Source: a virus (lineage: Duplodnaviria > Caudoviricetes). Taken from it: a stretch of 40,754 bases of DNA. Below the pieces are notes generated by a model. It did not search any database, was not told the DNA's origin, and was given only the letters and a program-made list of their open reading frames with translations. Positions 25,192-33,249 of the stretch are shown piece after piece. The position numbers were made by a program, and so were the translations under genes. Location of the stretch: the IMG/VR virus record IMGVR_UViG_3300012172_000008, positions 1 to 40,754 of that record. The stretch is one strand, 5' to 3'. Positions within the stretch are counted from its first letter, which is position 1, and every line of letters starts with the position of its first letter.

Positions 25192-25216
25192 GTTCTCGTT
25201 CCGGAAGGAGTTCGTC

Positions 25217-25729
25217 ATGCCCATGTCGAAGCCGCAGAAGCTGTTCACGCTCATCGTGGTGACAGTGGCGCTCGCGCTCGGCGCGGGTGCCTTGCTCGCG
25301 GGCTGCACGCCCGAGGAGGCCGACGCGACGCGCCAGGAGTGGCAGCAGCGCACCGTCGCTGCGATGCAGGAGGCGGGCGTCGATCCTGCCGAGGCGAGCA
25401 CCGACGAGTGGAAGGAGTACGGGGGCGCGACGCTCACCGCGATGCTGGCCGAGGGCAAGGAGGTCCCGGCCGAGCCCGCACAGGACTGGCTCGACTTCGG
25501 GCTCAACGCCCTGATGAGCTTCCTCGGGGTGAAGGGCTCGATCCTCGGCGCGCAGGCCGTGGCCGCGATCATCCGCGGCCGACGCACGCGCGGCACCGAG
25601 AACCTCGGCACCTTGGTCAATCCCGAGACGAGCTGGCCGGACACGCTCAAGGCGCTGGCCGCGCTGACGCTTGACACGCACTCGCCGGCGGCGGCTGCGC
25701 CCGCACCTGGGCCCGGGCCCACCCCGTGA
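25217..25729 (+). CDS. Lipoprotein with C-terminal hydrophobic helix (u-spanin-like architecture)
   Basis: AAGGAG RBS; lipobox LLAG-C30; hydrophobic LDFGLNALMSFLGVKGSILGAQAVAAII followed by RGRR. Confidence 0.75.
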   Translation: MPMSKPQKLFTLIVVTVALALGAGALLAGCTPEEADATRQEWQQRTVAAMQEAGVDPAEASTDEWKEYGGATLTAMLAEGKEVPAEPAQDWLDFGLNALMSFLGVKGSILGAQAVAAIIRGRRTRGTENLGTLVNPETSWPDTLKALAALTLDTHSPAAAAPAPGPGPTP

Positions 25730-25866
25730 ACGCCACCAGCCTGCTCGTCTTCGTCGCGGGCCTGGCCACCGGCATCGGCATCTGCCGCTGGCCGGACAAG
25801 GCCGGCGTCGCGCTGTGCGGTGTGATCGCCGTCATCGCGCTCGTGGTGGCCGGCCTGCTGCCGTGA
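25726..25866 (+). CDS. Two-TM peptide (46 aa), holin-like
   Basis: GTGA overlap; MNATSLLVFVAGLATGIGICRWPDKAGVALCGVIAVIALVVAGLLP; not in the ORF track. Confidence 0.55.
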   Translation: MNATSLLVFVAGLATGIGICRWPDKAGVALCGVIAVIALVVAGLLP

Positions 25867-26009
25867 CCGATCTCTCTCACCCGCACCGCCTTGCCCAGGG
25901 CGCTCTGGGGAAACTCCTGGCCGTCGCTCCTCCCGCGACCGCGCAGGGAAGGGGAAGGCCGCGCACGGCGGCCTGCGCTCGTCTCGGGTGTGGCGCCCGT
26001 GCACGTCCG

Positions 26010-26049
26010 GGTCGTGGTCGAGTCCCGAGCTCGGCCACGACCAGCTTTT
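26010..26049 (+). terminator. Possible intrinsic terminator/attenuator upstream of the portal gene
   Basis: 13-bp stem GGTCGTGGTCGAG / CTCGGCCACGACC (one G.U) followed by AGCTTTT. Confidence 0.4.
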
Positions 26050-26064
26050 CCGTGAGCTGACCCG

Positions 26065-27888
26065 ATGGCCAAGGTCAAGCGCCCGCCGCCAACGCCCACC
26101 GAGACCAACGCGTGGGTGGGCAAGGAGTCCGCCGTCTACCGGCGGATGGCCGAGCGCACCAAGCTGATCGACGCGCTCATGGGTGGCACCGAGGGGATGC
26201 AGAAGGCCGGCGAGGTCTACCTGCCGAAGGAACCGGGCGAGGAGAGGCCCGCCTACGACACGCGCCTCAGGCGCAGCACGTGCCACGGCTTCCTGCGCTC
26301 GACGGTGCGGCGGCTCTCGGCCCGGCCCTTCGGCAAGCCGGTCACGATCCGCATCGGCCGCGACCTGGGGACGCTGCCCGAGCTGCTCGCGCCCATCGAG
26401 AGCGACGCCGACTACAGCGACTCCAGCCTGACGCAGTTCGGCCGCCGGCTCATGGCCGACGCGCTGCAGCGCGGCCTGGTGCACTTCCTGGTCGACATGC
26501 CGGGAGACGTGCGCGAGCTGTCCACCAAGGACGAGCGCGAGGGGCGCGTGCACCCCTACTTCGTGCACGTCTCGGCCAAGGACCTCATCGGCTGGAAGGC
26601 GCAGCGCGGCAAGGGCAACCGCCTCGAGCTGACGCAGATCCGGATCCGCGAGTGCCACGTCGTCGAGGTCGACGGCGAGGAGACCGAGGTCGAGCACGTG
26701 CGCGTGTGGGACGCGCCCAGCGAGGCAGCCGAGGGCGTCGACGCCGTGCCCGGCACCTGGCAGCTGTACCGCAAGAACAAGGACGCCGACGGATACGCGC
26801 TCGTCGAGAGCGGTCCGCACACCTTCCCTGGCATCCCGCTCGTCACGGTCTACTTCAACCGCACGGGCTTCATGGAGGCCGAGCCGCCGCTCGCCGACCT
26901 GGCCGAGCTCGAGCGGGCGCACTGGGCCAGCCGCAGCGACCAGACGAACATCCTGCGCTACGCGCGCGTGCCCAAGATGGCCATGGCCGGCGTGAGCGAC
27001 GAGGAGAGCCGCAAGCCATCGCTGCTCGGCGTGCAGGCGGTGTGGAAGCTCAAGGACCCGAACAGCAAGGCCTGGTGGGTCGAGATCCAGGGCAACGCGG
27101 TCTCAGCCGGCCGCCAGGACATCCTCGACCTGCAGGCCGAGATGAACGTGCGCGCCCTGCAGCCGCTCATGGAGCGCACCGGCGACGAGACCGCGACGGG
27201 CCAGGAGATCTCGGACAAGAACACGACCAGCGACCTCAAGGCCTGGGTGCGCGCCATCGAGGCGGGGTTCCTGCAGGGCTTCGGGTTCGCCGCCCTGTTC
27301 GCGCGCACGAAGCTGCCCGAGAAGTTCGGCGTCGACGTGTTCGACGACTGGGCGCCGCCCTCGCTCACGCTCGACCAGGTGCGTCTGCTCAAGGAGATCC
27401 GGCAGGCGGGCGAGCTCTCGCGCACCACCTTCCTGTCGCTGCTGAAGGGGCTGATCCTGCCCGAGGACCTCGACGTCGCCAAGGAGGCGGACGCGATCGA
27501 GGACGAGGGGCCGTCGCTGGCCGAGTTCGGCGCGCCGTCGATGGAGGTCGACGTCGAGACCGGCGAGCCGACCGAGCCCGCTGCCGCCGAGGCGGGCGCT
27601 GCGGCCGAGGAGGGTGGGCAAGTGAAGCCACGCGTTCCGGCCACCGGCAACCTGGCCGACACGGCGCTCACCGGTGCGCAGGTGCAGTCGGCGCTCAGCA
27701 TCGTGCAGGAGGTCGGGGCCGGGAAGCTGCCGCGCGACTCGGGCGTGTCGATGCTCGTCGGCTTCTTCAACCTCGACCCGACGGAGGCCGAGGCCATCAT
27801 GGGCTCGGTCGGCAAGGGCTTCACGCCGAAGGCCGACCAGGCGCCCGCGGAGCCGACGCCAGGTGACGACGACGAGCGACCGGTGTGA
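26065..27888 (+). CDS. Portal protein (DUF4055 family) with acidic linker and C-terminal extension
   Basis: LMGGTEGMQKAGEVYLPK...YDTRL, LVDMP, GIPLV, PPLADLA...HW.S.SD..NIL..ARVP, ETAT. Confidence 0.9.
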   Translation: MAKVKRPPPTPTETNAWVGKESAVYRRMAERTKLIDALMGGTEGMQKAGEVYLPKEPGEERPAYDTRLRRSTCHGFLRSTVRRLSARPFGKPVTIRIGRDLGTLPELLAPIESDADYSDSSLTQFGRRLMADALQRGLVHFLVDMPGDVRELSTKDEREGRVHPYFVHVSAKDLIGWKAQRGKGNRLELTQIRIRECHVVEVDGEETEVEHVRVWDAPSEAAEGVDAVPGTWQLYRKNKDADGYALVESGPHTFPGIPLVTVYFNRTGFMEAEPPLADLAELERAHWASRSDQTNILRYARVPKMAMAGVSDEESRKPSLLGVQAVWKLKDPNSKAWWVEIQGNAVSAGRQDILDLQAEMNVRALQPLMERTGDETATGQEISDKNTTSDLKAWVRAIEAGFLQGFGFAALFARTKLPEKFGVDVFDDWAPPSLTLDQVRLLKEIRQAGELSRTTFLSLLKGLILPEDLDVAKEADAIEDEGPSLAEFGAPSMEVDVETGEPTEPAAAEAGAAAEEGGQVKPRVPATGNLADTALTGAQVQSALSIVQEVGAGKLPRDSGVSMLVGFFNLDPTEAEAIMGSVGKGFTPKADQAPAEPTPGDDDERPV

Positions 27889-28421
27889 ACGCGCAGTCTG
27901 CAGCGCTGTTCGACGCCCACCTCGAGCTGCCGCGCGCGGTCGTCTTCAAGCGCTTCGCCCGGATCCGCGGCGTCGGCTGCGATCCCGATGACCTCGAGGC
28001 CGTGGGCCTGGTCGCGCTGTGGAAGGCTGCACAGGAGTTCGACGGGCGCGGTCGCTTCAGCGGCTTCGCGTGGCGCTCCATCGAGTACGCGATCCTCGAC
28101 CGGCTGCGCGACGGACGCGTCATCCGCAGAAAGCGCGACCGGACCAAGCCCTGCCCCAAGCAGATCCCGGCGAGTGTGCTGGCCTCGCGTGGGGATATGG
28201 TTCCGTTCGATCCGCCCGTCCCCGACGAGACGGTCGAGCAGCGCGAGCGTGCCGCGGTGCTGCATGCCGCCATCGAGCGGCTGCCGGCCTACCTGCGCGT
28301 GACCGTGCACGCGCGCCTGGCGGGCCGGTTGATCACCGGGCGCTACCGTCGGCTCAACGCCGCCCTGCGGGTGCTGAGCACCGACGCGCGCCTGATGCAG
28401 GTCGCCGGTGGCTGTAGGTAA
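27885..28421 (+). CDS. Sigma-70-family (FliA/WhiG-like) protein; region 2 intact, region 4 shortened
   Basis: DDLEAVGLVALWKAAQEFD...FSGFAWRSIEYAILDRLR; LHAAIERLP start of region 4. Confidence 0.75.
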   Translation: MNAQSAALFDAHLELPRAVVFKRFARIRGVGCDPDDLEAVGLVALWKAAQEFDGRGRFSGFAWRSIEYAILDRLRDGRVIRRKRDRTKPCPKQIPASVLASRGDMVPFDPPVPDETVEQRERAAVLHAAIERLPAYLRVTVHARLAGRLITGRYRRLNAALRVLSTDARLMQVAGGCR

Positions 28422-28437
28422 CACGCCGCGAGGCCGC

Positions 28438-28647
28438 ATGAAGCACCCCGCGCCCAAGCTGCCGCCCTTCCCGCTGGAGTGGACCTGCGACGTCTGCCAG
28501 ATGAAGGGCCTGACCGTGCAGCGCATCGACGACCACCAGGCGGTGGCGTGCCCGCTGTGCGAGCGGATCTTCTGCGCGCAGTGCAGCAGCCGGCACTTCA
28601 TCGGCGGGCAGCTGTGCCGGCGCCCGGCCGGCGGCAAGGCGGCCTGA
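28438..28647 (+). CDS. Small zinc-finger protein (69 aa)
   Basis: CDVC...CPLC....CAQC...H......C; GAGG RBS. Confidence 0.65.
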   Translation: MKHPAPKLPPFPLEWTCDVCQMKGLTVQRIDDHQAVACPLCERIFCAQCSSRHFIGGQLCRRPAGGKAA

Positions 28648-29763
28648 GTGGGCAAGGTCCCGAAGATCGACGAGCGGCTGCTGCGGGCACTGGGCGGCAA
28701 GCCGGCCGACCAGGTGCTCATGGCCCGCGGGATCCGCCACGCGCTCTACCTCGAGCGCTTCAAGACGCACGAGGTGGGCCGGGTCCTGGGCTTCCTGAAC
28801 GAGCAGCTGCTGCCCGACGTCCTCGCGCGGATCGAGGCGCGACTGCGGCGTGTCGAGGAGCGGGGCTTCGACACCGGGGTGCACTCCACCAAGCGCCTGC
28901 TCAGCTTGGCGACGGAGCTGCGCGGCGTGCTGGCCGGCGGGGCGGTCCGGGCCAGCGAGCGGCTGCAGGAGGACCTCTGGGCCATGGCCGCGTCCGAGGC
29001 CCAGTGGCAGCGGACGCTGCTGACCAAGACCGTGCCGCTGCAGATCGAGTGGGGCGCGCCGAGCCCGGCCACGCTGCGGTCGATCGTGACCGCTAGGCCG
29101 ATGGCCGGGAAGCTGCTCAAGGACTGGTTCAGCGACCTGGCGGTCGACACCCAGCGGCGGGTCACCCAGCAGATCAACCTCGGCATGGGCAGCGGCGAGA
29201 CGGTCTCACAGATCGTCGCCAGGCTGCGCGGGACGCGCGAGAACCGGTTCACCGACGGGGTGCTCAACGCGACCCGGCGCGAGGCCGAGCGGGTCGTGAG
29301 GACCGCGGTGGGGCACGTGTCCAACCACGCGGCCGAGGCCACGATGGAGGCCAACCCCGAGGTGATCGAGGGGGTGCGCATCCTGGCCACCCTCGACACG
29401 ACGACCTGCCCTCAGTGCGGCGAGCTCGACGGCCAGGTGTTCCCGCTGGGCGAGGGCCCGCGGCCGCTGTTCCACCCCAACTGCCGGTGCAAGGCGACGC
29501 CCAAGATGAAGACCTGGAAGGAGCTCGGGATCGACCTCCGCGAGCGCAAGCCTGGCGAGCGCGCGGCGATGGGCGGGCCGGTCAAGAGCACCCTGAGCTA
29601 TTCCCAGTGGATCAAGGACCAGCCGGCCTGGGTGCAGGAGGAAGCGCTCGGCCCCGCGCGCGCGACGCTGCTGCGCGAAACCGACCTCGAGATCGGCGAT
29701 TTCACCGACCGGCGCGGCCGAATGCTCAATCTGCAGCAGCTCGAGGCGCTGGTCGACGCGTGA
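28648..29763 (+). CDS. Minor head protein, MuF/SPP1 gp7 family
   Basis: AERVVRTAVGHVSN, ATLDTTTCPQCGELDG, PLFHPNCRC. Confidence 0.92.
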   Translation: MGKVPKIDERLLRALGGKPADQVLMARGIRHALYLERFKTHEVGRVLGFLNEQLLPDVLARIEARLRRVEERGFDTGVHSTKRLLSLATELRGVLAGGAVRASERLQEDLWAMAASEAQWQRTLLTKTVPLQIEWGAPSPATLRSIVTARPMAGKLLKDWFSDLAVDTQRRVTQQINLGMGSGETVSQIVARLRGTRENRFTDGVLNATRREAERVVRTAVGHVSNHAAEATMEANPEVIEGVRILATLDTTTCPQCGELDGQVFPLGEGPRPLFHPNCRCKATPKMKTWKELGIDLRERKPGERAAMGGPVKSTLSYSQWIKDQPAWVQEEALGPARATLLRETDLEIGDFTDRRGRMLNLQQLEALVDA

Positions 29764-29894
29764 GCGCGGCGCAGCGCGCGCCGCGGCGTGCCGGCCGCGC
29801 GGCCCGCAGTTTGCTCGCTGGCGGCGTGAGCACGGGGCAGTGGGCGCCCTTCTCCCCCTCCCCTCCCGCGGCAGTCCCTGCCCCGTGCTTTCTC

Positions 29895-29923
29895 TTGAAT
29901 CAGCCCTGGTGGCGATGTAGCAC
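29895..29923 (+). promoter_or_regulatory. Putative promoter upstream of scaffold/capsid genes
   Basis: TTGAAT-17 bp-TAGCAC in a 220-bp intergenic gap. Confidence 0.4.
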
Positions 29924-29986
29924 TGTGGCCACAGCAGCCGCTGCGCAGGGAACGGGAGCCCGGCGCCGCACCGATGGGCGAGCTTC

Positions 29987-30727
29987 ATGGGGAAGTTGAA
30001 GCGGGTCGTCGACTCGCTGGACGCGATCGCGGAAGCGCACCGCGAGCTCTACGGCAAGGGGCAGGACGGCAAGTACTACCTCGACTACGAGGGCTCGGAG
30101 GAGCAGCACCGCGCGCTCCAGGCCGAGCGCCAGCGCGCCGACATCGCCGAGGGCCGGCTGCGCGCCTACGGCGACCTGACGCCCGAGACGGCCAAGGAGA
30201 CGGCGCAGCGCCTGGCCGCGCTCGGCGACCTGACCGACATGAAGCAGAAGGCCGCGGACGCCGCGGTGTGGAAGGCCAAGCACGACGAGCTGCTGCCGCG
30301 CGTCAGCGCCCTCGACGCGGAGAACACCAAGCTGACGTTGGCCGAGATGGCCAACGCGGCCTTCGACGCGCACAAGGTGACCGGCCGGCGCGCCGTGATG
30401 CTCGCCGTGAAGGACGCCGTGCGTCCCGTCGTCGAGAATGGCGTGCGGTCCTTCCGCGTCTACGGCCCCGACGGCAAGCCGCTCGTGACGAAGCGGCCGG
30501 GCGCCTCCGATCCGTACATGACCCCCGACGAGTACATCGGCGAGGTCCTCCGGGGCGACCCGGAGTTTTCAGCGCATTTCGGTGGTTCAGGCGCCGCGGG
30601 AAGCGGCGCTGGTGGGAATGCTCGCGGGGGATCCGCCGGCAGCTCTCGAACCATTTCCGGCGACGCCGAGTCGCTGGGGGCCAACCTCGAGAAGCTCGCG
30701 ACCGGAGAGGTCACGGTCAGCTCGTAG
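29987..30727 (+). CDS. Capsid scaffolding protein
   Basis: LKRVVDSLDAI...LY....GKYYLD, coiled coil, F..SGAAGSGAGG tail; directly before the MCP. Confidence 0.82.
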   Translation: MGKLKRVVDSLDAIAEAHRELYGKGQDGKYYLDYEGSEEQHRALQAERQRADIAEGRLRAYGDLTPETAKETAQRLAALGDLTDMKQKAADAAVWKAKHDELLPRVSALDAENTKLTLAEMANAAFDAHKVTGRRAVMLAVKDAVRPVVENGVRSFRVYGPDGKPLVTKRPGASDPYMTPDEYIGEVLRGDPEFSAHFGGSGAAGSGAGGNARGGSAGSSRTISGDAESLGANLEKLATGEVTVSS

Positions 30728-30730
30728 TCG

Positions 30731-30854
30731 GTCGGTGATTCGGCAGGCGGGCCCGATGGGGGATCCAGAGGCTCGCCAACGCGCGGGGGATCTGCGCGCT
30801 GGTGATCGCTTCTAACACTCCGCACCTCGTGCGGGCCGGTGATGCCGAGCCCGC
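30731..30854 (+). promoter_or_regulatory. Array of five (G/U)GAU motifs, four in clear hairpin loops, in the capsid-gene leader
   Basis: GTCG-GTGATT-CGGC 30731; TGG-GGGAT-CCA 30757; GCGCGG-GGGAT-CTGCGC 30781; GGTGAT 30801; CGG-TGATG-CCG 30837 inside a GCGGGC/GCCCGC stem. Confidence 0.65.
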
Positions 30855-30872
30855 CATCAAGGGGAAGTCCTC

Positions 30873-32015
30873 GTGGCCAACGACCTGTCAGCAATCATGC
30901 CCAAGATCCTCGCGCGCGGGCACATGCTCCTGCGCAAGACGCTGGTGATGCCGCGTCTCGTCAACCTCGACTACAACGCCGAGGCCCGCATGCCCGGCGA
31001 CACCATCGACGTGCCGCTGCCGGTGTCCTACACCGCGGTCGACGTCACGCCCGCGGGCACGCCGCCGACGCCGAACCAGACCACCCCCGAGAAGGTCCAG
31101 GTGGTCATGGACAAGCACAAGCACGCCGACTGCGTGCTCACCGATCCCGATCTTATGAAGATCGACAAGGACAAGCACTTCCTGCCGATGCAGCTCGAGG
31201 CCGCGATCGACGCGTGCGGCAAGATCATGAGCACCGACATCTGGTCCGAGTACAAGGGCGTTTTCGGCTACGCCGGCACGGCGGGTACCACGCCCTTCGC
31301 GTCAGCGATCACGCAGGCCACCGATGTCCGCAAGGGCCTGAACAAGCAGCTCTGCCCGAAGGGCACGCGCCGCTTCGTGCTCGACCACGATGCCGAGGCC
31401 AACGCGCTCAACCTCGCGCCCTTCCGTGACGCCAGTCAGAGCGGCGACGGCACGGTGATCACCGAGGGCGAGATCGGTCGCAAGCTGGGCTTCGACTGGT
31501 ACAGCGACGACGACGTGCCGACGCACACGGCCGGCACCGGCGCGAGCGCGACCACGAACACCGCCGGTTACGCGGCCGGCGTGAAGACGGTCACGCTGGC
31601 CTCGGCCGGCACCGGCACGATCCTGGTCGGCGACATCATCACGTTCGCTGGGCACAGCCAGACCTACGCGGTCACGGCGGGCGACGCCGACGTGAGCAAC
31701 GGCGGCACGATCAGCTTCTACCCGGGCCTGCAGGTGGCCCTGGCGGCGAGCGCGATCGCGATCACCCTGAAGGCGAGCCACGTGGTCAACCTGGCCTTCC
31801 ACCGCGACGCGTTCGCGCTGGCGACCCGGCCGATCGCCGACGCCGTGAGCTTCTTCACCGGCGGCAGCACGATCAGTTCGGTGACCGACCCGAAGACCAG
31901 CGTCACCCTGCGCCTCGAGGTCATGCGCCAGTACAAGCAGACCGTCTGGGACGTGGACTTGATGTACGGCAAGAAGCTCGTCCGTCCCGAGCTCGCCTGC
32001 CGCCTGGCTGGCTGA
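30873..32015 (+). CDS. Major capsid protein, P22 coat (gp5)-like with insertion domain
   Basis: GDTIDVPLP, GEIGRKLGFDWY, NLAFHRDAFALATRP, DLMYG..LVRPELACRLAG. Confidence 0.93.
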   Translation: MANDLSAIMPKILARGHMLLRKTLVMPRLVNLDYNAEARMPGDTIDVPLPVSYTAVDVTPAGTPPTPNQTTPEKVQVVMDKHKHADCVLTDPDLMKIDKDKHFLPMQLEAAIDACGKIMSTDIWSEYKGVFGYAGTAGTTPFASAITQATDVRKGLNKQLCPKGTRRFVLDHDAEANALNLAPFRDASQSGDGTVITEGEIGRKLGFDWYSDDDVPTHTAGTGASATTNTAGYAAGVKTVTLASAGTGTILVGDIITFAGHSQTYAVTAGDADVSNGGTISFYPGLQVALAASAIAITLKASHVVNLAFHRDAFALATRPIADAVSFFTGGSTISSVTDPKTSVTLRLEVMRQYKQTVWDVDLMYGKKLVRPELACRLAG

Positions 32016-32016
32016 G

Positions 32017-32093
32017 TCCCTCTGCTGGACCGGTCGTCGGGAGCATGCGCGCCTCCCGGCGGCCGGTCATCTGCAGCGCGCAACGGAGAGGGA
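32017..32093 (+). other. Large RNA stem-loop after the capsid gene that can occlude the next RBS
   Basis: 16-bp stem 32028-32043/32053-32068; outer TCCCTCT (32017-32023) pairs with AGAGGGA (32087-32093). Confidence 0.5.
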
Positions 32094-32097
32094 ACCC

Positions 32098-32352
32098 ATG
32101 CCATTCAAGCCGATCACGCCCGACCCCGACCCCAGGCCGTGGATGCGGCGCGACATCAAGGTCAGGAACGTGCAGCTCATCAAGACCATCGAGCTCGTCG
32201 GACCCAAGGGCGACAAGGTCGTGGTCAACGAGTGCGACCAGGAGAGTTGGACTGGCCGCGGCTACAAGGCCACGGGCAAGGCCTCGCCGCAGGATCCGGT
32301 GACGGCCAACTCGCTGCAGACCGCCGGCGCGTTCGCCGACGACGAGTCCTGA
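32098..32352 (+). CDS. Hypothetical head-associated protein (84 aa)
   Basis: GGAGAGGG RBS; position directly after the MCP. Confidence 0.7.
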   Translation: MPFKPITPDPDPRPWMRRDIKVRNVQLIKTIELVGPKGDKVVVNECDQESWTGRGYKATGKASPQDPVTANSLQTAGAFADDES

Positions 32353-32361
32353 TCCGCAGCC

Positions 32362-32877
32362 GTGGTGCACGTGGTCGAGACCGGCGCGGGGCTGAGCGAC
32401 GCGAACGCGTACCTGTCACTCGCGGACGCGGTGCTCTACTTCGCCGACCACGCGAACGCGGCGTGGACGGGCACGGACCCCGCGAAGGAGCTGGCGCTGC
32501 GCCAGGCCACGCAGTACCTCGACGCGTACTACCACCCGTTCTGGAAGGGCGACAAGAAGCTCTCGACGCAGGCGCTCGACTGGCCGCGCGCCGGCGTGTG
32601 CGACGAGAACCACTACCCCATTGCCAGCGACAGCCTGCCGACCAAGCTCAAGGAGGCGTGCGCCGAGATGGCGGTGCGCGCGCTCACTGAGTCGCTGCTG
32701 CCCGACGTCGCGCCGGCCAGCTCGGGCGCGCTGATCTCGAAGTCGGTGGAGGTGGGCCCAATCAGCGTCAGCAAGACCTGGTCGGGCTCGGGCCAGAGCA
32801 CGACCAAGTACTACCGGATCGCGGACCTGCTGCTCGCCGACCTGGTGCTCGACTCCAACGCGCTGATCCGAGCCTGA
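32362..32877 (+). CDS. Head-tail adaptor, DnaT-like (DnaT_2) family
   Basis: VETGAGLSDANAYLSLADA, ALRQATQYLD, QALDWPR, LKEACAEMA, VGPISV. Confidence 0.85.
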   Translation: MVHVVETGAGLSDANAYLSLADAVLYFADHANAAWTGTDPAKELALRQATQYLDAYYHPFWKGDKKLSTQALDWPRAGVCDENHYPIASDSLPTKLKEACAEMAVRALTESLLPDVAPASSGALISKSVEVGPISVSKTWSGSGQSTTKYYRIADLLLADLVLDSNALIRA

Positions 32878-32880
32878 GCG

Positions 32881-33249
32881 ATGCCCACCGAACTCGACCT
32901 CGAGCTGCTGCCGGAGGCGCTGGACGTGATCGCGACCTACGGGCGCGACGCCGCGTTCACGAGCGCGCCGACGGGCTACTCGCCGACCACCGGCGCCGCG
33001 ACCGCGGGCACGTCGCTGGGCACGGTGAAGGTCTCGCCGCCGGCCGTCGACCGCAAGCTCATGGACGAGGACCTGATCCAGCAGGGTGACACCGCCGTGC
33101 TCGTGGCGGCCTCGGGCCTGGCCTTCACGCCGGCGGTGAACCAGACGCTGACGATCAGCGGCCAGGTGTGGGGCGTGGTGGCCGTGACCGAGTTCCACAG
33201 CGGCGAGCAGATCTGCGCCTGGGGCCTGCACCTGAGGCGCGGCGGATGA
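32881..33249 (+). CDS. Head-closure/stopper protein
   Basis: IATYG...YSPTTG...LIQQGD...W.V......W.LHLR; neck position. Confidence 0.75.
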   Translation: MPTELDLELLPEALDVIATYGRDAAFTSAPTGYSPTTGAATAGTSLGTVKVSPPAVDRKLMDEDLIQQGDTAVLVAASGLAFTPAVNQTLTISGQVWGVVAVTEFHSGEQICAWGLHLRRGG

